A DNA stretch of 52,056 nucleotides, filler included, from Basidiobolus ranarum (lineage: Eukaryota): NCBI GenBank assembly GCA_040143965.1. It is 3 parts of 3 records of this genome, joined end to end, with 100 filler letters (N's around TTAATTAATTAA, not from the genome) between each part and the next. Parts side by side here need not be neighbours in the genome. Positions count along the whole stretch, not along the records: positions 1 to 17,315 come from JASJQH010000308.1; 2 more parts are not named here. One strand, 5' to 3'. The notes under the pieces are model-generated. The model had not been told where the DNA came from and did no database searches. It saw only the letters and a list, made by a program, of their open reading frames with translations. This document shows positions 1-9,633 of the stretch, in pieces (position 1 is the stretch's first letter; each line of letters begins with the position of its first letter). Position numbers and translations under genes: made by a program.

Positions 1-2
1 AT

Positions 3-3000
3 GGCTATGGGCCAACTGAGAACACCACTTTTTCCACTTGGTACGAAGTCAAAGAAGTGACCAATACTATTCCTATTGGTAAACCAGCTTCGAATAGTAG
101 AGCGTATGTACTCGACCAGCAGCTTCAACCGGTAGCTATTGGCAGTCTAGGTGAGCTTTATGTAGCGGGAGAGGGCCTCGCTAGAGGTTATCTCAATCAG
201 CCCAAACTGACGGCAGAGAGATTTGTTATCAACCCGAATCCTGAGTGTAATGGGGAAAGAATATACAGAACTGGGGATTTAGCTCGCTACAGAAGTGACG
301 GTAATATCGAGTTTGTGGGCCGTAGGGATCACCAAGTAAAAATCCGCGGTTATAGAATCGAGTTGGGCGAAGTTGAAAGTATCCTCATGCAACAAGAGTC
401 AATCAAGGAATGTGCAGTAATTGCACGCGATGATCCATCTGGAGAGAAACAATTGGTCGCCTATATCGTTGCCGATAGCGATTCGACATCTGGAACTGAT
501 TCCCAGAGAGAAGACTTATTTAGCGCTACATCTCGTCTACGAGAGCAATTACGTACCGTATTACCTAAGTTCATGGTTCCCAGCTTTTTTGTCTTCTTGG
601 ATTCTTTACCTCTCATGCCAAATGGTAAGATCAACAGACAAGGCTTACCGGCCCCAGACTATCAGCAATCGCTCAATACAATCGAATTCGAATCTCCCAA
701 GACAGATATTGAGTTGAGTATTGCTAAGATATTTGCTGAAGTTCTAGGGCTTGAGAAAATTAGCATTCATGATAACTTCTTTGATTTGGGAGGGCATTCG
801 TTGTCGGCAACTAAAGTGATATCTCGAATTCGTGTACAACAAAATTTGCAAGTACCTTTGAGATTACTATTTGATGCTCCAACAGTAGCATTATTAAGTG
901 AAGGAGTAAGTTTCATCAGTAAGAATTCTTCTGGAGTGCCGCAGAGCGTTTCAGGTCTAAAAAGATTAACCTCTCGTGATAAACTGCCATTGTCATTTGC
1001 ACAAGAAAGACTTTGGTTCATGGATGCTTTGATTCCGAATAGCTCACTACACAACGTCTCATTTGCTTTAAAACTTGAAGGAGACTTAAATTTGGCCGCT
1101 CTGTCACAAGCAATTCTTGATGTTGTTACTCGTCATGAAATATTACGCACAAAATTTGTTTTAATGGGCAATGAGCCCGTTCAGGTAATCGAACCAGCCA
1201 GGAAATTTACAACATCGCTTGTTGAATACATCGAAATACATGATGATCAAGCGCTAGTACAATCTGTTGTTACCGATGAATTTAGAAAACCGTTCAATTT
1301 GGCAACGGGTCCACTGATACGGGTTAAACTGATTCGTACCAAGCCTGACGAGCACGTACTTAGCATTGCAATACATCATATTGTGTCAGATGGATGGTCA
1401 ATTACTATTTTACAACGGGAATTATCGGCATTATACGAATCGTACTCTCGTGGAGAGCCTTCTACACTTCCTGAGCCGGTAATTCAGTATGCCGACTTCG
1501 CCGTATGGCAACGAAAATGGTTGCAAGGCGAAACTCTTGATTGTCAAATGAACTACTGGAAGGACCAGCTCAATGGTGTCTCCTCTTTGACTTTGCCTAT
1601 CGATTTTGTCAGACCACCTATATTGACCTATCACGCAAAATCACAACAGTTGGAACTTTCATCTTCATTCACCAATCGCTTAAAAGAATTATGCAGTATA
1701 GAATGCTCTACCCTATATATGGTGCTTCTAACAGCCTTTGAAATTTTACTTCAAAAGTGTACCGGAAATGATGATATTGCGATTGGATCTCCAATTGCCA
1801 ACCGCAACCATAAGGAGATTGAAGGTCTGATTGGTTTCTTTGTTAACATTCAGGTTATTCGAGTCCAAGTGGATCATCAACTAACATTCAGCGAACTTCT
1901 GGCACGCGTGAAGGAGGTTACTTTGGGTGCCTATAGTCATCAAGATGTGCCATTTGAACAGATTGTTGCCGAGTTACAACCGGAACGTGATCTCAGTAGA
2001 AATCCTTTGGTGCAAGTGATGTTTGCTTTGCAAGATGCTACAGTAGATGACTTCAAATTTGGTGATATTGATGTGAAGCCTGTCAGCACCGGAGAAATTG
2101 CTACCAGATTTGATCTTGAGGTACACTTCTGGAAACACGATGACGGACTGAAAGCCGAATTCATTTACAGCACAGATTTGTTCAGCTCCGATACAATAGG
2201 CAGAATGATTTCAGGCTTGGAGAAAGTGCTTCATGCTGCTGTTGAGAATCCTAATCAGCCCATAGGTACCTTACAATTGTTGGATCCCGCCGAACGGGAG
2301 CATCTACTTGTGACAATGAATATGACAGCCACTGACTATCCCCGTGATAAATCGATTGTTGATATCTTTGAGCAGCAAGTTCAGCGCACTCCAGACGCCA
2401 TATCTGTGGAGAATACTGATGAAAAGCTCACTTACCTTGAACTTCATCAAATGTCGAATAGGCTTGCATCGCACCTGGTTAGTCTTGGTGTGGAAACCGA
2501 ATCCTCCGTGGGTATTTGCATGGAACGTTCACCTCTGATGATCGTAGCTATGTTGGCAGTACTCAAGGCTGGTGGTGCGTATGTTCCATTAGATTCTCAA
2601 TACCCATCTGATAGATTGCAATTCATGACTACCGATACAAAGGCTGTCGTAGTAATTTGTCAGAAATCGACTGCTCTTGCGGTACCAGCAGGTACCCACA
2701 ATGTCTTGTGTTTGGACGAACAGATCTCGGATATTATGAAGCTGTCTGAAGAGTATGCTTCCTTACGCCCAACCTCGACAAATCTTGCTTATACAATTTA
2801 TACATCTGGTTCTACTGGAGTTCCCAAGGGCGTACTGGTGGAGCATCGCTCCGTCATCCGCCTGGTTAAAAATACGGAGTATATTAATATTCAAAATGAG
2901 GATAAGATAGCCCATATCGCTAGTACCTCTTTCGATGCTGCAACTTTTGAAGTTTGGGGAGCGCTTTTGAATGGTGCCACCATTGTGTGTATGAGTCAAC

Positions 3001-6000
3001 CTGACGTTATTGATTTGACTGTTTTATCTAGGAACATGACCAAACAAGCAGTCACTATAATTTTCTTGACTACTGCATTATTCAATCGTGTTGTGGAGGA
3101 TGCTCCTTCAGTATTTAGTCCTGTAAAACATGTTCTGTTTGGTGGTGAAGCTGTAGACCACCGATCTGTCCAAAGGTTCCTCGATTTATCAAACCGCCCA
3201 AGACTGTTGCATGTATATGGCCCCACCGAAAACACAACCTTCTCTACTTGGTACGAGGTTCACCAAATCTCTAACAATGTCCCTATTGGAAAGTCACTTT
3301 GTAATGGAAGGATATATGTACTTGATCCACAGTTTAACCCAGTTCCAATTGGATTCGTGGGTGAATTATGTCTGGCTGGCGATGGGCTTGCCAGAGGCTA
3401 CCTCAACCGTCCAGAGTTGACCTCTGAAAGATTCAAAACAAATCCCAACATAGAATGCAACGAGGAAACAATATACTGCACCGGTGATCTTGTCCGTTAT
3501 AACAGCGATGGCTATCTAGAGTTTGTTGGTCGTATGGATCATCAAGTGAAAATTCGCGGTTATAGAATCGAGTTGGGTGAAGTTGAAAACATCATTCTGC
3601 AACAAGATTCAATTAAGGAATGTGCAGTAATTGCTCGCGACGACCCATCTGGCGAAAAACAATTGGTCGCTTATGTTGTTGTAGATAGCGACTCGACCTC
3701 TGGAATGGATATTCAGCAGGTTGACGAGTGGGGTGCCGTATTTGATCAGCATGTGTATGATGAGCTCGATGAAGATTTGGCAGAACCATCTTTCAACATT
3801 ACTGGCTGGAAGTGTACTCTCACTGGTGAGGATATTCCCGCCGACGAAATGAGAGAATGGCTGCGGGATACAATTGCTGGGATCAGAAAACTGGGTGGTA
3901 ACGATATTCTTGAAATTGGTTGCGGAACTGGTATGTTGCTCTTCGAAATAGCCCCTCACTGCGCTCACTACGTTGGTACAGATGTCTCCAGTGCTGCTCT
4001 TTCTTATGTCAACAAGTATCTGGGAATGTACTCGCTTCGCGAAAAGGTCACTCTGGAAAAGAGAAGTGGCGACCAACTAGATGACATGGAAGAGGGTAGC
4101 TTCGACACTGTGATTTGTAACTCCGTGGCCCAGTATTTCCCCAACATTGACTACCTCAAGGCGGTAGTGGTGAGAGCCGTTAAGCTCTTGCGACCTGGGG
4201 GTCATATTTTCCTCGGAGATATTCGTAGTTTAGTTTTGTTAAAGCACTTCCATTCAGCTATGGAGCTCCACAAGGCGCACAATGAACTCACAGCTCCCGA
4301 GTTAGAGCAACGTATCTCAGACAGGATGATGAGTGAGAAGGAGTTGCTTGTTGACCCTGCCTTTTTCTTCGCGCTCAAAGAAGAAATCCCTGAGATTTCC
4401 CATGTGGATATTCTGACGAAAACTGGCTGTAGCATCAACGAACTCACTCAATATCGCTACCAAGTGATCATTAAGGTCGGCACTTGCGATGACAGTGAGA
4501 TTGTTGATGAGTGGGTTGACTATCAAGCAACTGGTCTAACTTTAAATGCTATTAAGAGTAAACTTCTTCAAGGAGAGACTGATCGTTATGCCATCGAAAA
4601 TATTCCCAACAGTAGATTGACTCATGAGGTGGCGCTTGTCAAATTATTAAAATCGGATCATAAGCAAGAGTTAAACGTCGCAAATATCAGACAGCTGCTT
4701 GTGGAAGGTAATTTTGCTGATGTTTCGGTTGAAGAATTATATTCTGTTAGCAAGGACTGTGGATATGATATCAATATCAGTTGGAATTGCCATGTAAACG
4801 ATGGATGCTTCGATGTAGTATTTTCCAGGAACAAACCTGGTCAAGTAACAAAATATCGCTTCAAAGAGCCGAGCTATAGTTTATGGAATTGGAAATCATA
4901 TGGTAACAACCCAATGAACGAAGCAGTAAACCAACGACTCTCACCTTATTTACGCGATTCTTTACGTACGGTGTTACCTAAGTTTATGGTCCCTAGTGCC
5001 ATTGTCATATTGGATTCTCTGCCGCTTATGCCAAATGGTAAAATCAATCGCCGAGCATTGCCCGCTCCTCACTCCCGTATAGAAGAGAATAAAAACTTTT
5101 TGTCTGCTAGAACCGCTCTTGAATTGACATTGAGTGACATTTTTGCGGAGGTACTTGGCCTCGAAAGAGTTGGAATCCTGGAAAACTTCTTTGACCTTGG
5201 TGGTCACTCATTGACAGCTACAAAAGTCATGTCTCGCATTCGCGTTGTGCTTAACCGAGAAGTACCACTGAAACTTTTGTTCGAGGCCCCTACAGTAGCG
5301 TCACTCAGTGAGAAACTAGAATCTAATATGAACATTCCCACAGAGACTAACTCCACTCCACAGTTGAGAAAACTGACTAATCGGGAAAATTTACCATTAT
5401 CTTTTGCACAAGAACGACTTTGGTTCTTGAATGAATTAATTCCCAATAGTCCCTTCTATAATATGCCGGTCTTGTTGAATTTTATGGGACAGTTGAATGT
5501 GGATGCTCTGAAAAAATCTATTCTTGATATTGTTAAGCGCCATGAATCCTTACGAACAACGTTTACACTCTCCGGTAATGAGCCCGTTCAGGTGATTAAT
5601 TCTGCGGCCAACGTTTCTTTATCATTCATTGAGTATTCCGATGTTACTCACGAGCCGGAGCTTGTGAAATCCATTATTACTCAGGAATCAGGAAAGCCAT
5701 TCAATATGGCTGAAGGCCCGCTAATTCGAGTGAACCTTGTTCGTGTGAAACCTGAGGTGCACGTCCTTATAATTGTACTTCATCACATTATATCTGATGG
5801 GTGGTCCATCACTGTTTTGCAAAAGGAGCTAGCTGCTCTGTATGAGTCCAATTCACTTGGCCTTCCGTCACCGTTGCCTGATCTAACCATCCAGTATGCA
5901 GACTTTGCTGTTTGGCAACGAGAATGGTTACAAGGAGAGACACTCAATACACAGTTGAAGTATTGGAAGGAGCAACTCAAAGATATCTCGCCGTTGATCT

Positions 6001-9000
6001 TACCAACTGACATGGTTCGTCCAGCAATTTCAAGTCATCGTGGACATCTACATAGAATATATATACCGGAATCCCTGACGCAGAAATTGCGAGAACTAAG
6101 TCAACAGCATACTACTACTCTGTTTATGACACTTTTTGCAGCATTTGGGGTTTTGCTCAATAAGTACACTGAACAAGAAGACATCGTAATTGGGTCACCT
6201 ATTGCTAGTCGTAATGTTAAGGAGATAGAAGCTTTGATTGGATTCTTTGTCAACACACTTGTACTCCGTCTGCAGATCAACTCTGGCTCAACCTTCAGTG
6301 AGATCCTGAATCAGGCTAAAGTAACTACTTTGGATGCTTCTACTTATCAGGATTTACCATTCGAAAAAATTGTAGCGGAGCTACAACCACAGCGCGACCT
6401 AAGTCTCAACCCTCTTGTTCAGGTTATATTTGCCTTACACGAGCTCTCAATTACCGACTTTGATATCAAAGATCTCAACATTGATGCCTATGAGGACCAT
6501 CAAACAACTTCTCGCTTGGATCTGGAAGTTCACATGTATCCACAAGAAAACGGTTTAAGAGCGGATATTATCTACTGTACCGACTTATTTGTTTCAAGCA
6601 CAATTGAACAGATGTTTGAAGGATTTGTTCGTATTTTGGAGTGCATAGTTATTGATCCCCAACAAAATATCGAAAATATTAGTATGCTTGATGAGACTAA
6701 GCGCCAGCATCACCTTTGCGATCGTAACCTAACTGCTACTGAATATCCACGCAACAAGTCAATAGTGGACCTCTTCGAAGATCAAGCAAGATGTCAACCG
6801 GATGCTGTGGCTGTTGTCCATGGCGATGAAAAGCTTACTTACCTTCAGCTCCATAAGTTATCCAGCCAGCTTGCAGTACATCTCATTAATCTTGGTGTTG
6901 AGCTTGAATCTTCGGTAGCCGTCTGCATGGAGCGTTCACCCCTCATGCTCGTTGCACTACTAGCTATTCTTAAAGCTGGAGGTGCATATGTTCCGTTGGA
7001 CTCTCAATACCCATCTGAAAGACTCCGCTTTATGCTTAACGACACCAATGCATCAGTGGTAATTTGTCAAAAATCCACTGTTGGTGTGCTACCGCAAGGC
7101 AATCAGAAGTTCGTATGTCTAGACACAGAGATCCACAATTTGATGAGCCAGCCTGAATTACCGATTACTGTACGTCCGAGTGCCAACAATCTAGCTTACA
7201 TCATTTACACATCTGGCTCTACCGGTACACCTAAGGGTGTTTTAGTTGAACATCGCGCGGTCGTTCGTCTTGTGAGGAATACCGAGTACGTAGATATTGG
7301 AAATGAGGACTTTATTGCCCACATAGCAAATACCTCTTTTGATGCAGTAACATTTGAAGTCTGGGGAGCTCTTCTAAATGGTGCCACTGTAGTTTGTATA
7401 AGTCATTGTGATGTAATTGATCTCAATATCTTTTCAAAGATTCTTGAGAAGCACTCTATCACACTGATGTTCCTTACTACAGCCTTATTTAATCGAATCA
7501 TGGAAGATTCACCAGAAGTGGTCAAACATTTGAAACAGCTTATAGTTGGTGGTGACGTTCTAGATCGCCGTTCTGTCAGCAAATTCCTCTCCATCCCCGA
7601 CTGCCCTAGACTTTTGAATGGCTATGGGCCAACTGAGAACACCACTTTTTCCACTTGGTACGAAGTCAAAGAAGTGACCAATACTATTCCTATTGGTAAG
7701 CCACTTTCGAATAGCAAAGCATACGTGCTCGACCAACAACTTGGCCCAGTTCCGGATGGTTTTGTTGGTGAACTCTGCGTTGCTGGTGATGGGTTAGCCA
7801 GAGGCTACCTCAATCGCCCAGAACTGACTTCTCAGAAATTCATTGTCAATCCCAATCCTGAGTGTGATGGAGAGATAATATATCGAACTGGAGATTTGGC
7901 TCGCTACAGAAGTGACGGCAATATTGAATTTATTGGACGTAGAGATCACCAAGTGAAAATCCGTGGATTTAGAATTGAAACAGATGAGATCAAGAACATT
8001 TTGCTCGAACATGAAGGCATCAAAGAGTGTGTGGTGGTTGTAAATTCAGAGGCAGATGTAAAGCGTATTATTGCGTATGTTACTAAGAGTGAGGTGGAAG
8101 TAATTGTGACCGAAAGATCTTTACTAGTATACCTTGCCAACTTGTTGCCCAACTATATGCTACCTTACGCAATTCTTATGGTGGATAATATACCTCTTTC
8201 ACCTAATGGAAAAGTAGATACCCGCTCTCTTTCAACGCTTGCTAGCCTCTCGGCACCGGAAGAGGAAACTTACGTGGAACCACAAACGCCATTAGAGATT
8301 GGCATAGCTAATATTATGGCAGATGTTCTATCTTTGGAGCGGGTTGGAGTAAATGACAATTTCTTCGACTTGGGTGGCTATTCGTTACTCTCGATTCAAT
8401 TGATCTCAAAGATTCGGAAACATTTAGGAGTAGTCATTAGTTTGCAGATACTATTCGAGGCTCCAACTGTCTTCATGTTGGCCAAGCACGCTAGTCTTCA
8501 AGCCCATGGAACTGATAATGAAGCCATTGATAGTCCAGTGGTTTTGCTACGTGATGGAGGGGATAGAACACCAATTGTCTTAGTCCATGCTATTGGCGGT
8601 GGAATATCGTGCTATCAGCCTTTGCTAAGCTGTTTGAATTATGATGGACCCATATATGGAATATACGCTTCGGACTTTTTAGGTTTAATGCACAGGAAAT
8701 CATTCTCCAGTGTTGAAGATATGGCGCAGTATTACGTTGAATCGCTAATGGAACTATCGAGAAGAAGGAGATTCATAATTGGAGGCTGGTCATACGGTGG
8801 TAACATTGCATTTGCTATTGCTGTTGCACTCCAAAAATTAGCTGTGGATGTTCCTTCGGTGGTCTTTTTCGACTCGTATCCTCTCTTTGGAGCCGAGTGC
8901 TATGAAAGATACTCAATGCCACTAACTAGGATGATTGTGAAGCTTATGAATCAAATGCATGAATCCACCGAATATTTGGATCAAGAGTTCCATATAGTAC

Positions 9001-9329
9001 GAGATCTGTTTGGACTAAGTAGCAACATCTCCAGAGATGATGAGGTGACTCTAGAACTGCTAACCAGCGCGCTCAATCGGATTTCCCACATGCGGCAATA
9101 TCAGCCAGATATGTATTCTGGTGTTGTGTATCAAATCAGAAGTTTACAGGATAAGCTGGACTATTTCGAGGATACCAGCAGCTTGCAAGAAAAATGGGCA
9201 ACACTCGTTGAAGGCAAATACATCTCCAAATCAGTCGAAGGTTCCCATGCCTCTATGATGCAAGCACCTTATGTTGAGAATACTGCATCTGAGTTGGAAA
9301 TGTTCATCGGAAGCCTATCACTTCAGTAA
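3..9329 (+). CDS. Multimodular non-ribosomal peptide synthetase, 5'-truncated by the window edge: partial A - T - C - A(with embedded N-methyltransferase) - T - C - A - T - thioesterase
   Basis: Frame is open from nt 3 (GYGPTENTTFSTW = A5 motif), with no introns. A motifs YTSGSTGxPKG, YGPTE, TGDL, QVKIRGxRIE, NGK. T motifs FFDLGGHSL (~775-803, ~5185-5213) and FFDLGGYSL (~8360-8390). C motifs HHIVSDG (1374-1394) and HHIISDG (5781-5801). MT motif LEIGCGTG (~3908-3931) within ~3715-4920. TE motif GGWSYGG (8781-8801). Confidence 0.97.
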   Translation, partial: GYGPTENTTFSTWYEVKEVTNTIPIGKPASNSRAYVLDQQLQPVAIGSLGELYVAGEGLARGYLNQPKLTAERFVINPNPECNGERIYRTGDLARYRSDGNIEFVGRRDHQVKIRGYRIELGEVESILMQQESIKECAVIARDDPSGEKQLVAYIVADSDSTSGTDSQREDLFSATSRLREQLRTVLPKFMVPSFFVFLDSLPLMPNGKINRQGLPAPDYQQSLNTIEFESPKTDIELSIAKIFAEVLGLEKISIHDNFFDLGGHSLSATKVISRIRVQQNLQVPLRLLFDAPTVALLSEGVSFISKNSSGVPQSVSGLKRLTSRDKLPLSFAQERLWFMDALIPNSSLHNVSFALKLEGDLNLAALSQAILDVVTRHEILRTKFVLMGNEPVQVIEPARKFTTSLVEYIEIHDDQALVQSVVTDEFRKPFNLATGPLIRVKLIRTKPDEHVLSIAIHHIVSDGWSITILQRELSALYESYSRGEPSTLPEPVIQYADFAVWQRKWLQGETLDCQMNYWKDQLNGVSSLTLPIDFVRPPILTYHAKSQQLELSSSFTNRLKELCSIECSTLYMVLLTAFEILLQKCTGNDDIAIGSPIANRNHKEIEGLIGFFVNIQVIRVQVDHQLTFSELLARVKEVTLGAYSHQDVPFEQIVAELQPERDLSRNPLVQVMFALQDATVDDFKFGDIDVKPVSTGEIATRFDLEVHFWKHDDGLKAEFIYSTDLFSSDTIGRMISGLEKVLHAAVENPNQPIGTLQLLDPAEREHLLVTMNMTATDYPRDKSIVDIFEQQVQRTPDAISVENTDEKLTYLELHQMSNRLASHLVSLGVETESSVGICMERSPLMIVAMLAVLKAGGAYVPLDSQYPSDRLQFMTTDTKAVVVICQKSTALAVPAGTHNVLCLDEQISDIMKLSEEYASLRPTSTNLAYTIYTSGSTGVPKGVLVEHRSVIRLVKNTEYINIQNEDKIAHIASTSFDAATFEVWGALLNGATIVCMSQPDVIDLTVLSRNMTKQAVTIIFLTTALFNRVVEDAPSVFSPVKHVLFGGEAVDHRSVQRFLDLSNRPRLLHVYGPTENTTFSTWYEVHQISNNVPIGKSLCNGRIYVLDPQFNPVPIGFVGELCLAGDGLARGYLNRPELTSERFKTNPNIECNEETIYCTGDLVRYNSDGYLEFVGRMDHQVKIRGYRIELGEVENIILQQDSIKECAVIARDDPSGEKQLVAYVVVDSDSTSGMDIQQVDEWGAVFDQHVYDELDEDLAEPSFNITGWKCTLTGEDIPADEMREWLRDTIAGIRKLGGNDILEIGCGTGMLLFEIAPHCAHYVGTDVSSAALSYVNKYLGMYSLREKVTLEKRSGDQLDDMEEGSFDTVICNSVAQYFPNIDYLKAVVVRAVKLLRPGGHIFLGDIRSLVLLKHFHSAMELHKAHNELTAPELEQRISDRMMSEKELLVDPAFFFALKEEIPEISHVDILTKTGCSINELTQYRYQVIIKVGTCDDSEIVDEWVDYQATGLTLNAIKSKLLQGETDRYAIENIPNSRLTHEVALVKLLKSDHKQELNVANIRQLLVEGNFADVSVEELYSVSKDCGYDINISWNCHVNDGCFDVVFSRNKPGQVTKYRFKEPSYSLWNWKSYGNNPMNEAVNQRLSPYLRDSLRTVLPKFMVPSAIVILDSLPLMPNGKINRRALPAPHSRIEENKNFLSARTALELTLSDIFAEVLGLERVGILENFFDLGGHSLTATKVMSRIRVVLNREVPLKLLFEAPTVASLSEKLESNMNIPTETNSTPQLRKLTNRENLPLSFAQERLWFLNELIPNSPFYNMPVLLNFMGQLNVDALKKSILDIVKRHESLRTTFTLSGNEPVQVINSAANVSLSFIEYSDVTHEPELVKSIITQESGKPFNMAEGPLIRVNLVRVKPEVHVLIIVLHHIISDGWSITVLQKELAALYESNSLGLPSPLPDLTIQYADFAVWQREWLQGETLNTQLKYWKEQLKDISPLILPTDMVRPAISSHRGHLHRIYIPESLTQKLRELSQQHTTTLFMTLFAAFGVLLNKYTEQEDIVIGSPIASRNVKEIEALIGFFVNTLVLRLQINSGSTFSEILNQAKVTTLDASTYQDLPFEKIVAELQPQRDLSLNPLVQVIFALHELSITDFDIKDLNIDAYEDHQTTSRLDLEVHMYPQENGLRADIIYCTDLFVSSTIEQMFEGFVRILECIVIDPQQNIENISMLDETKRQHHLCDRNLTATEYPRNKSIVDLFEDQARCQPDAVAVVHGDEKLTYLQLHKLSSQLAVHLINLGVELESSVAVCMERSPLMLVALLAILKAGGAYVPLDSQYPSERLRFMLNDTNASVVICQKSTVGVLPQGNQKFVCLDTEIHNLMSQPELPITVRPSANNLAYIIYTSGSTGTPKGVLVEHRAVVRLVRNTEYVDIGNEDFIAHIANTSFDAVTFEVWGALLNGATVVCISHCDVIDLNIFSKILEKHSITLMFLTTALFNRIMEDSPEVVKHLKQLIVGGDVLDRRSVSKFLSIPDCPRLLNGYGPTENTTFSTWYEVKEVTNTIPIGKPLSNSKAYVLDQQLGPVPDGFVGELCVAGDGLARGYLNRPELTSQKFIVNPNPECDGEIIYRTGDLARYRSDGNIEFIGRRDHQVKIRGFRIETDEIKNILLEHEGIKECVVVVNSEADVKRIIAYVTKSEVEVIVTERSLLVYLANLLPNYMLPYAILMVDNIPLSPNGKVDTRSLSTLASLSAPEEETYVEPQTPLEIGIANIMADVLSLERVGVNDNFFDLGGYSLLSIQLISKIRKHLGVVISLQILFEAPTVFMLAKHASLQAHGTDNEAIDSPVVLLRDGGDRTPIVLVHAIGGGISCYQPLLSCLNYDGPIYGIYASDFLGLMHRKSFSSVEDMAQYYVESLMELSRRRRFIIGGWSYGGNIAFAIAVALQKLAVDVPSVVFFDSYPLFGAECYERYSMPLTRMIVKLMNQMHESTEYLDQEFHIVRDLFGLSSNISRDDEVTLELLTSALNRISHMRQYQPDMYSGVVYQIRSLQDKLDYFEDTSSLQEKWATLVEGKYISKSVEGSHASMMQAPYVENTASELEMFIGSLSLQ

Positions 9330-9633
9330 TTGCTCAAGCGATTCATTTATTGAGTTCAAATTTATCCTGCGTGCTACTTGTATACTCAACTCATATCAAT
9401 AAACAAGTAATTAAAAAAGAACCGTTGGACTTTGCTCTCTCCTCATTCACCTCTTTATGTTACCGGAACCAAGACCCATACAAACTTCTACAATGAATGA
9501 GAATATAAAAAAGCACCAGCACTAAAAGATATAATTGATAGGTCAACCGCTCTTATTATTGTTATTTACAGTATTTATTAGGAGCAAAGGATTGATTTCT
9601 CACTAGTATTGATTGTTCATTCAACATCATGAT

